Shown in pieces: positions 17,513-25,426 of a DNA stretch of 32,000 bases. The notes beneath the pieces are model-generated. The model worked only from the letters and a program-made list of their open reading frames with translations. It ran no database searches and had not been told where the DNA came from. Position 1 is the stretch's first letter, and each line of letters starts with the position of its first letter. Source of the DNA: Candidatus Hadarchaeota archaeon (GTDB lineage: Archaea > Hadarchaeota > Hadarchaeia > Hadarchaeales > Hadarchaeaceae); NCBI GenBank assembly GCA_964514965.1, contig CAZETV010000001.1:998739-1030738 (forward strand). Reading direction: 5' to 3'. A program made the translations under genes and the position numbers.

Positions 17513-17934
17513 GTTTTCGTGACCTCCAATTTGCTGTCCACCCAATGCACCAGGATTGTATTTTCCAGATTGTCATGCCCCAGCACGAAATTCTCAACGT
17601 TTTTACAGACGACCACCACGCCCACAGTCCCCCAAGCCGAATTTTCCACTAAGATTTGCCGCTGGGTGTTGTCGAAACTAATTTGGTAAAAGTAGCTTCC
17701 AATTTTCGACGGCAGGTCCACGCGGAGCTCGAAGTTCGGCCCATCCGCATACACGGTGTTTATTGCCGCAGCGAGCTTTTCACCGATGGTTCTAGCTTCC
17801 AACCTAGCGCTCATCAGCCCGGCAGCTTCATTTCGTCCCTCGTAAATGTTTAAAAATGATGCTGAAATTATCAGGAGGAGAGTAACCGCGAACATCGCGT
17901 CAATCGAGAAAAATCCTCGCTCGCGAAGCTCCAT
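17509..17934 (-). CDS. Minor pilin-like protein (class III signal peptide, RGF type)
   Basis: MELRERGFFSIDAMFAVTLLLIISA. Confidence 0.75.
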   Translation of the reverse strand: MELRERGFFSIDAMFAVTLLLIISASFLNIYEGRNEAAGLMSARLEARTIGEKLAAAINTVYADGPNFELRVDLPSKIGSYFYQISFDNTQRQILVENSAWGTVGVVVVCKNVENFVLGHDNLENTILVHWVDSKLEVTKT

Positions 17935-17936
17935 CG

Positions 17937-18386
17937 TCAGCCCCCCACCGGCTTGATGTTTATTGTGATTTTGTAGTTGTCTGGAGTAAGACTATTGTTG
18001 TCACTCGACCACTCTACAATTGCCGTGTAGGTTCCGGCCGAGAGGTTTTGTAGGGAACCGTTAAACCCGTACTTTAGATTACTTTGGACATTTTGCGTTC
18101 CGTTTGATGTCTTTAGACTAATCGTGAGTTTATTCTCTGTGAGCTGCAAGTCCCAGTTGCTGTCCATTGGAAAACTTACGCTTTTTACTGCCCCTTTTTC
18201 ATTGCTGTACACGGAGTTTATCGCACCCGAGATGGCATCGGCGGCGAATCTAGCTTGGGAAAGATGCAAAGTGTCTCTTCCAGCCTCCTGTGTAGGGGTT
18301 ATCATTTGCCCGAACGTGACCGTGGCGAATATTACCAACACAGCCGAAAAAATGAGCAAGTATTCGACGGCTGCTTGCCCTCGCAT
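17937..18386 (-). CDS. Minor pilin-like protein (class III signal peptide, RGQ type)
   Basis: MRGQAAVEYLLIFSAVLVIFATV. Confidence 0.8.
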   Translation of the reverse strand: MRGQAAVEYLLIFSAVLVIFATVTFGQMITPTQEAGRDTLHLSQARFAADAISGAINSVYSNEKGAVKSVSFPMDSNWDLQLTENKLTISLKTSNGTQNVQSNLKYGFNGSLQNLSAGTYTAIVEWSSDNNSLTPDNYKITINIKPVGG

Positions 18387-18926
18387 CTAAGTCACCTCGA
18401 TATCGGAAATTACAATGTACCTCAGACCATCCTTGTACTCGTACGTGAAAGTTGTTATATGGAGACCAGAGTCATCCTTGAAGTTTTCATCCCCAACCAC
18501 CACACGGTTTTCGTTATTCTCGCTCGGCAGAATGGTATCTAGCAGTATGATGGCCTCACGTTTGTTGTCCCACTCGCCGTTTCCGTCTAGATCAAGCCAG
18601 ATTTGGACATCCATTCGGTTGTCGGGGGCTACATCGTTATCGGTGGTTTCTATCCCATCGACGTTCACATTCGCGTATATTTTTACTACCCCTTCCGGCA
18701 GCCGATACTCAACCGTCTGTTTTGAACCAACGCCTGCGGCATAAACAGTGTTGAGGGCATTTGTTATCTCGCCCGCAGCCTCGCGTGCATCCGCAAGTTT
18801 CGAGACTTTCTCAGCTTCGACGCGCGCCTGATTGTACATCGGCATTGTGGTCGCAGCGAGGATTATAAGCAATCCCGAAATCACGACGATAAACTCGATG
18901 CTGAGTTGGCCCCTCACTTTGACCAC
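18387..18926 (-). CDS. Minor pilin-like protein (class III signal peptide, RGQ type); first gene of the 7-gene operon
   Basis: MVKVRGQLSIEFIVVISGLLIILAATT. Confidence 0.8.
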   Translation of the reverse strand: MVKVRGQLSIEFIVVISGLLIILAATTMPMYNQARVEAEKVSKLADAREAAGEITNALNTVYAAGVGSKQTVEYRLPEGVVKIYANVNVDGIETTDNDVAPDNRMDVQIWLDLDGNGEWDNKREAIILLDTILPSENNENRVVVGDENFKDDSGLHITTFTYEYKDGLRYIVISDIEVT

Positions 18927-19061
18927 GTTGAAAATTTTGCCGCGCCAGTATTAACTTTTCTCTTGACGTTATTCAAAAAGCAACCAAATCAGCTAGTTTT
19001 GCTAGTTTGACCTGAAAAAACAGCAGATTTTAAGTTACTTAAACAATGGATATCTGGTGCC

Positions 19062-19793
19062 ATGGCGCGGATTATAATATTATCATCCGGTAAAGGCGGA
19101 ACTGGGAAGACCACGGTGACCGCAAACTTAGGTATTGCGCTCGCAAAACGCGGTAAAAAGGTCATCGCCTTGGACGCCGATGTGACCATGGCGAACTTGG
19201 GGCTGATGCTCAGTCTTGAAGGGAAGAAAATAACATTGCATGAGGTGCTCTCGGGTAAGAAAAATGCTAAACAAGCGGTTTACAATGGTCCCGCTGGCCT
19301 GAAAGTCGTGCCATGTGGGATGTCACTGGAAGGGGTTCAAAAAGTCAAACTCGGTAGGTTAAAAAAGGTGGTGCTGGAACTCGCCGATAATGTAGATTTC
19401 TTGCTCGTCGATAGTTCATCTGGGATGGGGCATGATTCGATAACCGCGCTGGCCGTTGCTCAAGAGGCCATCCTCGTGGTAACCCCAAATTTTGCCTCTA
19501 TTCTAGAAGCCATGAAGATAAAACGTGTTGTTGAACGTCTTCACACAAAAGCACCTGGGATAATAATTAACCGTGCAAGTAGGGAACGAACAGATCTTTC
19601 TCAAAGGGAAATAGAGTCCATTTTGGAGTTGCCCGTGATCGGGGTTATTCCTGAAGATATCGAAGTCAAGCGTGCAGTAGCTCTCGGTGAAGCTGTGGTT
19701 TTACGTTCGCCGAAAGCACCGGCCGCAAAAGCGTTTAAAAAATTGGTCGAAACACTTCTCAAATCAAAGGGCAAAAATGACACAAGTAGCTAA
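19062..19793 (+). CDS. MinD/ParA-family P-loop ATPase (canonical motifs)
   Basis: 243-aa ORF with deviant Walker A SGKGGTGKTT, DADVTMANL and a FLLVDSSSG Walker B. Confidence 0.85.
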   Translation: MARIIILSSGKGGTGKTTVTANLGIALAKRGKKVIALDADVTMANLGLMLSLEGKKITLHEVLSGKKNAKQAVYNGPAGLKVVPCGMSLEGVQKVKLGRLKKVVLELADNVDFLLVDSSSGMGHDSITALAVAQEAILVVTPNFASILEAMKIKRVVERLHTKAPGIIINRASRERTDLSQREIESILELPVIGVIPEDIEVKRAVALGEAVVLRSPKAPAAKAFKKLVETLLKSKGKNDTSS

Positions 19794-19894
19794 CCAAAGC
19801 ATAAAACAAGTTATCAATCTTCGGGTTCCTAAAAAAAGTATTTTTTATTAAAACTACCCGATAAACTTTAAATTTAGGCTGACGACGATAAGTT

Positions 19895-20278
19895 ATGCCA
19901 AAGAAGGACGAACAGGGTAAAAAAGCCACGGTCATAAAGCGCGATTTGGAGATAACAGAGCGAGAACTCCGTCAAGTCACAGATTTTCAATGGATCTATG
20001 CAAAACGAATGTTGAGATTTGGCTTTGCATCATGGATTTTAGGATTGGTTTTGTTTTTCTTTATCTTGGTCATTCGTGGGTTAGAATTTTTGGGCCGATT
20101 ATCCTTGGCGTATCCTTTGTTGATAATTGCTATTGTGGTTCCAATTTTTATAACAGCCTTCTCCGTGCGCAAATTTAACGCAAAACTCAAGCGTTTGGAA
20201 CGCGTCCGAAAGCTGCTGCTGACAGATTATGAACGAGCAATTCTAAAGCGTGCTGATACCCTTATTAAGAAAAAGTGA
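19895..20278 (+). CDS. Small two-TM membrane protein with charged termini, located between the two MinD-like genes
   Basis: 127-aa AT-rich ORF with a TATA-like AACTTTAAATTTA upstream. No recognisable family. Confidence 0.5.
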   Translation: MPKKDEQGKKATVIKRDLEITERELRQVTDFQWIYAKRMLRFGFASWILGLVLFFFILVIRGLEFLGRLSLAYPLLIIAIVVPIFITAFSVRKFNAKLKRLERVRKLLLTDYERAILKRADTLIKKK

Positions 20279-21004
20279 TCATGAAGTTGATTTTTTAGTT
20301 CTCATTTCCACGAGTTTTCTGGCCAACGCCTTGATAGCCTTTGAAGCAAGTGAGTTTGGGGTTGCATCGACCGCGATTTTTCCTGAGTTGAAAGCTTTTT
20401 TGATGTTTATATCTTCGGGCACCTCCGCTAGCACTGGCAGGTTGAGTAGATGCCCAATTTCCGAGCTCGTGAGTTCAAATTCCTCTCGAAGTACACGGTT
20501 GACGACGACACCAATGGACTTTAAACCCAAAAAATCCGCAATCAAGCGGGTCTTCATCATGTCTGAAGCTGCCGCAATTTCGGGAAGAGTGATCAATAAC
20601 ACTTCCTGTCCCGCGCGGAGCGCTGCAATAGTTTCGCGCCGTAACCCGCTGGGCGCATCGATGAGCAGAAAATCTGCATTTATCGATAATTCTTTCAATA
20701 TCCCCGGTAAACGGTTGGGCAATGCTTTTTTTACTTGATTGAGCGTGACTCCCGCGGGTATTATTTTTAGACCAGAGGGCCCCTGATAGATGACATCATT
20801 CAATGGAATCTCGCCGGCGAGCACATCATTCAAGGTGTAAGGTACCTTCTCAAGCTTGAACATCGTACCGAGATTTGGGGTCGTCAAACTTGCATCCAAA
20901 ACTATGGCCTTTTTACCCATTTTGGCGATCGCGAGGCCAAGATTCGCAGTTAGAGTACTACGCCCTACGCCCCCCTTGCCGGATCCAAGCACGATTCGGC
21001 GCAC
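20279..21004 (-). CDS. MinD/ParA-family paralog with a degenerate P-loop (GKGGVGRST) and an altered switch (DASLTTPNL)
   Basis: Start placed at the in-frame GTG at 21004 (MRRIVLGSGKGGVGRST...), which matches the paralog N-terminus. The track ORF extension to 21187 is AT-rich and looks non-coding. Confidence 0.8.
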   Translation of the reverse strand: MRRIVLGSGKGGVGRSTLTANLGLAIAKMGKKAIVLDASLTTPNLGTMFKLEKVPYTLNDVLAGEIPLNDVIYQGPSGLKIIPAGVTLNQVKKALPNRLPGILKELSINADFLLIDAPSGLRRETIAALRAGQEVLLITLPEIAAASDMMKTRLIADFLGLKSIGVVVNRVLREEFELTSSEIGHLLNLPVLAEVPEDINIKKAFNSGKIAVDATPNSLASKAIKALARKLVEMRTKKSTS

Positions 21005-21190
21005 GTGATGCCCATAAGAAACATTAGCTCGCCCGATTAAGAATAATGCGGTAGGGCCAATTTTTAAATAAATCAATGCTATTTTTTTAGGAGATTGATT
21101 GATAAAAATAGGTGAAATTTGGATAAATTGGTCATTAAAAACGCATCTTTGTAGGATTTGAAGCTTTGTTGAATAAGTATTTCTCACCTC

Positions 21191-21224
21191 CTACTTTTGC
21201 AACACGGGGGCGACTTTTTCAACA
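21191..21224 (+). repeat. Motif array D: CTACTTTTGCAACA-CGGGGG-CGACTTTTTCAACA, inside the last 11 codons and stop of the transposase ORF
   Basis: Direct reading of the sequence. It has the same orientation as arrays A and B. Confidence 0.9.
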
Positions 21225-22411
21225 ACATTAATCCCCAGCTCAAAGGATTCCTGAATCAGAACGCAGACGTTATGGCACAACAATTTTAACAATACCTCGT
21301 TTAGCTGGGCGGTCTTCGTCTTGCTTCTCACCGAGTCGCCGAACTTTGCCTTAACCATGTGGAAAACCGTTTCAACATTCGACCGCTTGTGGTAGTGGGT
21401 TAAAAATTCCTCACGGTTGAATTGGAAGTAATGGAACATTTTGGCCCATATCATCGAACCCCTCGCTTTTCCCGTTGTGCCTTGCTTGAACGGGATAAAC
21501 GCCTCGCCTCCGAGTTTCCCGACCACCTCAAGGTTATCCCTCGCTAAGTAACCCATGTCGGCTGAAACCTCCTTTATCTGGAAGTTCTGCGCCGTGTCTT
21601 CTATCAATCCCTTGAACTGTGGCGAATCCGCACCCGTTGATTCGGTGAGCTTGACCGCCGTGACGATATTCGTTTTTGTTCCACAGGCGATATGCGCCTT
21701 TATCCACATTCGAGAATCGATGACCTTACCATATTTGAAACTGAACCATCGGTCAAATCTCGAAGTGCTGAAACCTGAGCTATCAACCGCAAAATCACTT
21801 TCGACCGAAGCAAGGGGTATGCTACTTTGCTTAATCAAATTCATCAGGATCGGCGTTAGTTCCTCTTTCTCCATGTATCTTGCTACCGTGCTGTAATGCA
21901 CAACCCCGTCTATGTATTTCTTCTCGTTTGCGGTTTTCATGAGGTTGGCGAACCTCCGCAGGGAAAAGGTCGAATAGACTTTCAAGGCACTCACGAAAAC
22001 CATGTCCGACATCGGCACGGTTGGCCTGCCGAAGACGTAGGGTTTGTTCTGTATGCCGCCGCAAAGGTCTGAAAGATAGCGCATGAAAAACTCTCCCTCA
22101 TGAGTTTGCGCCTTGTCGTATGCCGACCAATCCTGCGCATAAGTAACCTTGACCGCTTTCGTCACGGTCTTGTTACCTTCCGAATCAGTAACAATCTTGC
22201 AGTAATATTCAACGGCCCAGATGTGCTTGCATTTTGTATGTCGGGTTTGGCAGTCTGGGCAGTCACAAACGCTTTCTAATCCTCCTGTTTCTACGTGATA
22301 AACCCCGTGTCCCGTCTGGCTTGGGACAACCCACTTCATACCTTCCCTAATTATTCTTGAGGACTTGGCAATTGCCAAACCTCGTTGTTGTCGTTCGTCC
22401 ATCTTTACCAC
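21191..22411 (-). CDS. DDE transposase (IS4/IS5 superfamily-like) with an N-terminal SWIM-type zinc finger
   Basis: 406-aa ORF. SWIM motif CDCPDCQTRHTKCKHIWAV; DDE blocks AVDSSGF and VSADMGYLARDN; Y-x2-R-x3-E-x6-K block YHKRSNVETVFHMVKAKF. Confidence 0.85.
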   Translation of the reverse strand: MVKMDERQQRGLAIAKSSRIIREGMKWVVPSQTGHGVYHVETGGLESVCDCPDCQTRHTKCKHIWAVEYYCKIVTDSEGNKTVTKAVKVTYAQDWSAYDKAQTHEGEFFMRYLSDLCGGIQNKPYVFGRPTVPMSDMVFVSALKVYSTFSLRRFANLMKTANEKKYIDGVVHYSTVARYMEKEELTPILMNLIKQSSIPLASVESDFAVDSSGFSTSRFDRWFSFKYGKVIDSRMWIKAHIACGTKTNIVTAVKLTESTGADSPQFKGLIEDTAQNFQIKEVSADMGYLARDNLEVVGKLGGEAFIPFKQGTTGKARGSMIWAKMFHYFQFNREEFLTHYHKRSNVETVFHMVKAKFGDSVRSKTKTAQLNEVLLKLLCHNVCVLIQESFELGINVVEKVAPVLQK

Positions 22412-22413
22412 CT

Positions 22414-22467
22414 ATACGTATAATACGTATGGTATTAAGTATTTATACTTATCCATATAATACGTAT
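22414..22467. promoter_or_regulatory. Three copies of the 8-bp palindrome ATACGTAT (22414-22421, 22423-22430, 22460-22467) flanking a TATA-like ATTTATAC; candidate operator for the RHH protein
   Basis: A perfect 12-nt direct repeat TATAATACGTAT occurs at 22419-22430 and 22456-22467. The third palindrome ends 3 nt before the RHH ATG. Confidence 0.55.
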
Positions 22468-22470
22468 TGT

Positions 22471-22638
22471 ATGTCAAGAACACAAAAACAAGAAAATAAA
22501 GCGATACCTAAGACAATTACGATTTTCCCCGAACATCAAAAATTCATAGACGACACTTCTTTGAACCTTTCTAAATTTGTTCAAAAAAAGATTGACGAAG
22601 AAATTGAAACAAGGAGGTCGGCAAATGCCAAAAAATAA
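22471..22638 (+). CDS. Ribbon-helix-helix (CopG/Arc-like) small DNA-binding protein; candidate controller of the RM-like operon
   Basis: 55-aa ORF from the ATG at 22471. KTITIFPEHQKFIDDTSLNLSKFVQKKIDEEI fits a beta-strand/helix/helix pattern. The track ORF start at 22357 overlaps the transposase start and is rejected. Confidence 0.6.
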   Translation: MSRTQKQENKAIPKTITIFPEHQKFIDDTSLNLSKFVQKKIDEEIETRRSANAKK

Positions 22639-23083
22639 ATTCTGCAAACTGGAGAATCTCAGAAATGAAAGCGATGTCGAGCAGTTTTTGGTTTACCCTA
22701 TGCTCAACGATTTAGGTTATACTGCGGACTATATTGAAACTAAGGCATCGATAAAACAAGTCAATATTGGAAAAGAAAAAAGGAAACGTGCCTACCGGCC
22801 CGACTATGTCTGTTATTCGGACAAAAAACACCAACACCCCGTTCTAATAGTCGATGCAAAGAATCCCGACGAAGACCCTGAAGACGGAGTAATCGATGCT
22901 CAACTTTATGCTTCGGTGATTCGCAGATCACTGAGTAGACCGAAGCCAGACCAGTTTTGTATAGGAACCAACGGAAGAAAAACGATTATCAAACACTACG
23001 ACTCAAGCACAACTGAATACACACTTGATTTCGCTGAATTAGGTGAGGGAATTCCAGATACGAAGCTTTCAAAAATGACATGA
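22625..23083 (+). CDS. Stand-alone HsdR_N-type PD-(D/E)xK nuclease-fold protein
   Basis: ATG at 22625 preceded by AGGAGGT. Pattern: ESDVEQFLVYPMLNDLGY...YRPDYVCY...PVLIVDAKNP...DAQLYA (PD...D-x-K...QxxY). ATGA overlap with the methyltransferase gene. Confidence 0.75.
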   Translation: MPKNKFCKLENLRNESDVEQFLVYPMLNDLGYTADYIETKASIKQVNIGKEKRKRAYRPDYVCYSDKKHQHPVLIVDAKNPDEDPEDGVIDAQLYASVIRRSLSRPKPDQFCIGTNGRKTIIKHYDSSTTEYTLDFAELGEGIPDTKLSKMT

Positions 23084-25281
23084 ATCGATTTTCCCGGACA
23101 AAATCCTCCGTGATGCAGTCGGAAATATTCGAATTCAAGAAACCAGATTTGACTGAAATAAAGGGAATCTTTGAAACATGCCATAACATCATTTGGCGGA
23201 AAGAGGTAACTAACCCTCAATCAGCTTTTTATGAGTTTTCGAAATTGATGTTTGTAAAAATAAAAGAGGACAAGAGACTAAGAATGGATGCGGACATGCG
23301 CAAACTAATCGACGAAGGTAGACCGCTACCAATAGATAGAATAAGGTACTGTGTTTCGTGGATTGAACTAAGCGAAGAATCCGAACCGAATCCTATAGAC
23401 ACAATTCTATTTCGCCAACTTCGAGAGGAAATAGAATTGGAGATTTTGCACAAAAGGAAAAAACGGATGTTTGGGAAGGATGAACGCATAGACCTCAAAC
23501 CAAGTACTGTTAAAGAAGTAGTCAGATTAATCGAACATTATGACCTCTACGGAATTGACGAAGACCTCAACGGTAGACTTTTCGAAACGTTTCTGAGTGC
23601 AACCATGAGGGGCAAAGAATTAGGTCAGTTTTTTACGCCGCGGTCAGTGGTTGACTTTATGACCTTGCTTGCAGACCCGTTTGTGGCAAAAGAAAAAATC
23701 GATAGCGTCATTGATGCTTGTTGCGGGACTGGTGGGTTTCTGATAGAAGCTATGGCACAAATGATTGCCAAAGTGCAAAACCCACCCTTATCAAGAACTT
23801 TAAGCTTGAAGGAAAGGCACGAAATAATGAAGAAAATCAGAGATCAACAACTTATGGGAATCGACTTAGGAAAAAGTCCGCCCGTAGCACGTATAGCAAG
23901 GATTAACATGTATTTGCATGGCGATGGTGGAAGTCGAATTTATTTTGCTGACGGATTGGACAAACAAGCAAGAATAGAAAAAACACTGGAACCAGAACTA
24001 AAAGCAGAGAGAGAAGAATTGCGGGAGTTATTCGTTGAAAAGAATACAAAATTCCAAATTGCTCTGACAAATCCTCCATTTGCAATGCGTTACAAAAAGG
24101 AAGATGCCGACCAAGGGCCAGTGCTTAAAGAATACTCATTAGCAAAAGATTGTAGTTCCCTAAAGTCCAGTGTGATGTTTCTTGAAAGATATAATGATTT
24201 GTTGGAGTCTGGAGGCAAGTTAGTAACAATAATGGACGAATCCATACTGAATACCGCTGGCGCAGAGCCAATTCGGCGTTGGTTACTCAATAATTATATT
24301 ATCAGGGCAGTAATTTCATTGCCAAGAAATACCTTTGTTAAAGCTGAGAGTATTGTGAAAACTTCGATTCTATATCTGGTCAAGAAACAAGACCCTGAAG
24401 AACCCCAAGATGAAATTTTCATGGCAATAAGTGAGAATGTAGGACACGCTGATTCTGGGCGTGAAACACCGGACCTTAGTGATTTGCCCGCAATATTACA
24501 AAAATTCAAGGAGTTTGAGCAAGGGAAGTTGATGGCTTCAAAAAAACCAATGTGCTTTGTTATTACTGGGGAAAACCTACAAACTGAAAATCGGACGCTT
24601 AGAATAGACACACAATTCTTTGACCCAAGATATCCAAAGACATTAAATATTCTAAAGAAACTCTCTGAAAGAAAGGGATGGAAATTAGAATCCTTGGAAT
24701 CTTTGCTAAGTAATTCCAAAACAAATCTGGCTGGCGGGGCCACACCCCGAGGCGCAAGATATGTGGAGAAGGGCATCCCTTTTATTAGAATTCAAAACGT
24801 GAGGCCCAACAAATTAGAATTAGATGATGTGAAATACATTATTAGGGCCTTTCACGACGGCGAACTCAAACGATCTCAACTGAAACAAAAAGACGTTCTT
24901 TTGACAATCACGGGGAGCTATGGAATCTCCGCGGTTGTTCCCGAAGACATGGGCGAAGCCAATATTAACCAGCATGTTGTAAAGCTCGAAGTAAATCGGG
25001 AAATAATAAATCCTGAATACCTTGCTTGTTTTCTCAATACCCAGATGTGTAAACGCCAATTTGACCGCTCCGTAACTGGCGGCACAAGACCAGCACTTGA
25101 CTATGACGCAATTAAGACCACAATGATTCTTTATCCTGTTGATAAAAACTCCCAAGACAAGATAGTCCATAAAGTCTTTGACATCCAGCGAAAAGCAGAA
25201 TCAATATTTCAAGAAGCAAAAGCAAAAATGAACGAAAGTAAAGGCGTCTTGTTGAAGTGGGATGACCCCTTCTTGTCATAA
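23080..25281 (+). CDS. N6-adenine DNA methyltransferase (gamma class, HsdM-like) fused to a single HsdS-type target recognition domain
   Basis: 733-aa ORF with GQFFTPRSVVDFM, motif I DACCGTGGFL and motif IV LTNPPFAMRY. The C-terminal ~200 aa have HsdS TRD-like blocks (GGATPRGARYVEKGIPFIRIQNV...LLTITGSYG...NINQHVVKLE...TGGTRPALDY). Confidence 0.9.
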   Translation: MNRFSRTKSSVMQSEIFEFKKPDLTEIKGIFETCHNIIWRKEVTNPQSAFYEFSKLMFVKIKEDKRLRMDADMRKLIDEGRPLPIDRIRYCVSWIELSEESEPNPIDTILFRQLREEIELEILHKRKKRMFGKDERIDLKPSTVKEVVRLIEHYDLYGIDEDLNGRLFETFLSATMRGKELGQFFTPRSVVDFMTLLADPFVAKEKIDSVIDACCGTGGFLIEAMAQMIAKVQNPPLSRTLSLKERHEIMKKIRDQQLMGIDLGKSPPVARIARINMYLHGDGGSRIYFADGLDKQARIEKTLEPELKAEREELRELFVEKNTKFQIALTNPPFAMRYKKEDADQGPVLKEYSLAKDCSSLKSSVMFLERYNDLLESGGKLVTIMDESILNTAGAEPIRRWLLNNYIIRAVISLPRNTFVKAESIVKTSILYLVKKQDPEEPQDEIFMAISENVGHADSGRETPDLSDLPAILQKFKEFEQGKLMASKKPMCFVITGENLQTENRTLRIDTQFFDPRYPKTLNILKKLSERKGWKLESLESLLSNSKTNLAGGATPRGARYVEKGIPFIRIQNVRPNKLELDDVKYIIRAFHDGELKRSQLKQKDVLLTITGSYGISAVVPEDMGEANINQHVVKLEVNREIINPEYLACFLNTQMCKRQFDRSVTGGTRPALDYDAIKTTMILYPVDKNSQDKIVHKVFDIQRKAESIFQEAKAKMNESKGVLLKWDDPFLS

Positions 25282-25310
25282 CTCCAAGAAACCCAATTTT
25301 AAATCCCAAC

Positions 25311-25369
25311 TCCCTTTCTTTACACCCGCCCGACTTTCTTTACAGAAGGCACTTTCTTTACAAAGCCAG
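25311..25369 (+). repeat. Motif array A (variant): TCCCTTTCTTTACA-CCCGCC-CGACTTTCTTTACA-GAAGGC-ACTTTCTTTACA-AAGCCAG
   Basis: Three units with 20-nt period, immediately upstream of the TATA-like box of the 64-aa ORF. Confidence 0.85.
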
Positions 25370-25426
25370 TGAATAGAAAAACTTTAAACTGAGCCATGAT
25401 AAAAAAACAGTTGAGGTGAAAACTAC

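Noticed and set aside
20276-20281. TGATCA hexamer formed by the two convergent stop codons
   Set aside because: This is a curiosity of zero-gap convergent genes. There is no evidence that it is a functional site.
21005-21187. N-terminal 61-codon extension of the MinD paralog ORF given by the track
   Set aside because: The extension is AT-rich and of odd composition (MRNTYSTKLQILQRCVFNDQFIQ...). The in-frame GTG at 21004 reproduces the canonical MinD N-terminus (M-RRIVLGSGKGG).
21173-22452. Possible IS terminal inverted repeats ATAAGTAT (21173-21180) / ATACTTAT (22445-22452)
   Set aside because: Only 8-9 nt match in very AT-rich DNA, and the right copy sits inside the RM promoter. This is too weak to define element ends.
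22357-22470. Upstream 38 codons of the RHH ORF in the track
   Set aside because: They overlap the transposase start codon and the palindromic promoter region. The ATG at 22471 gives a standard ~55-aa RHH protein.
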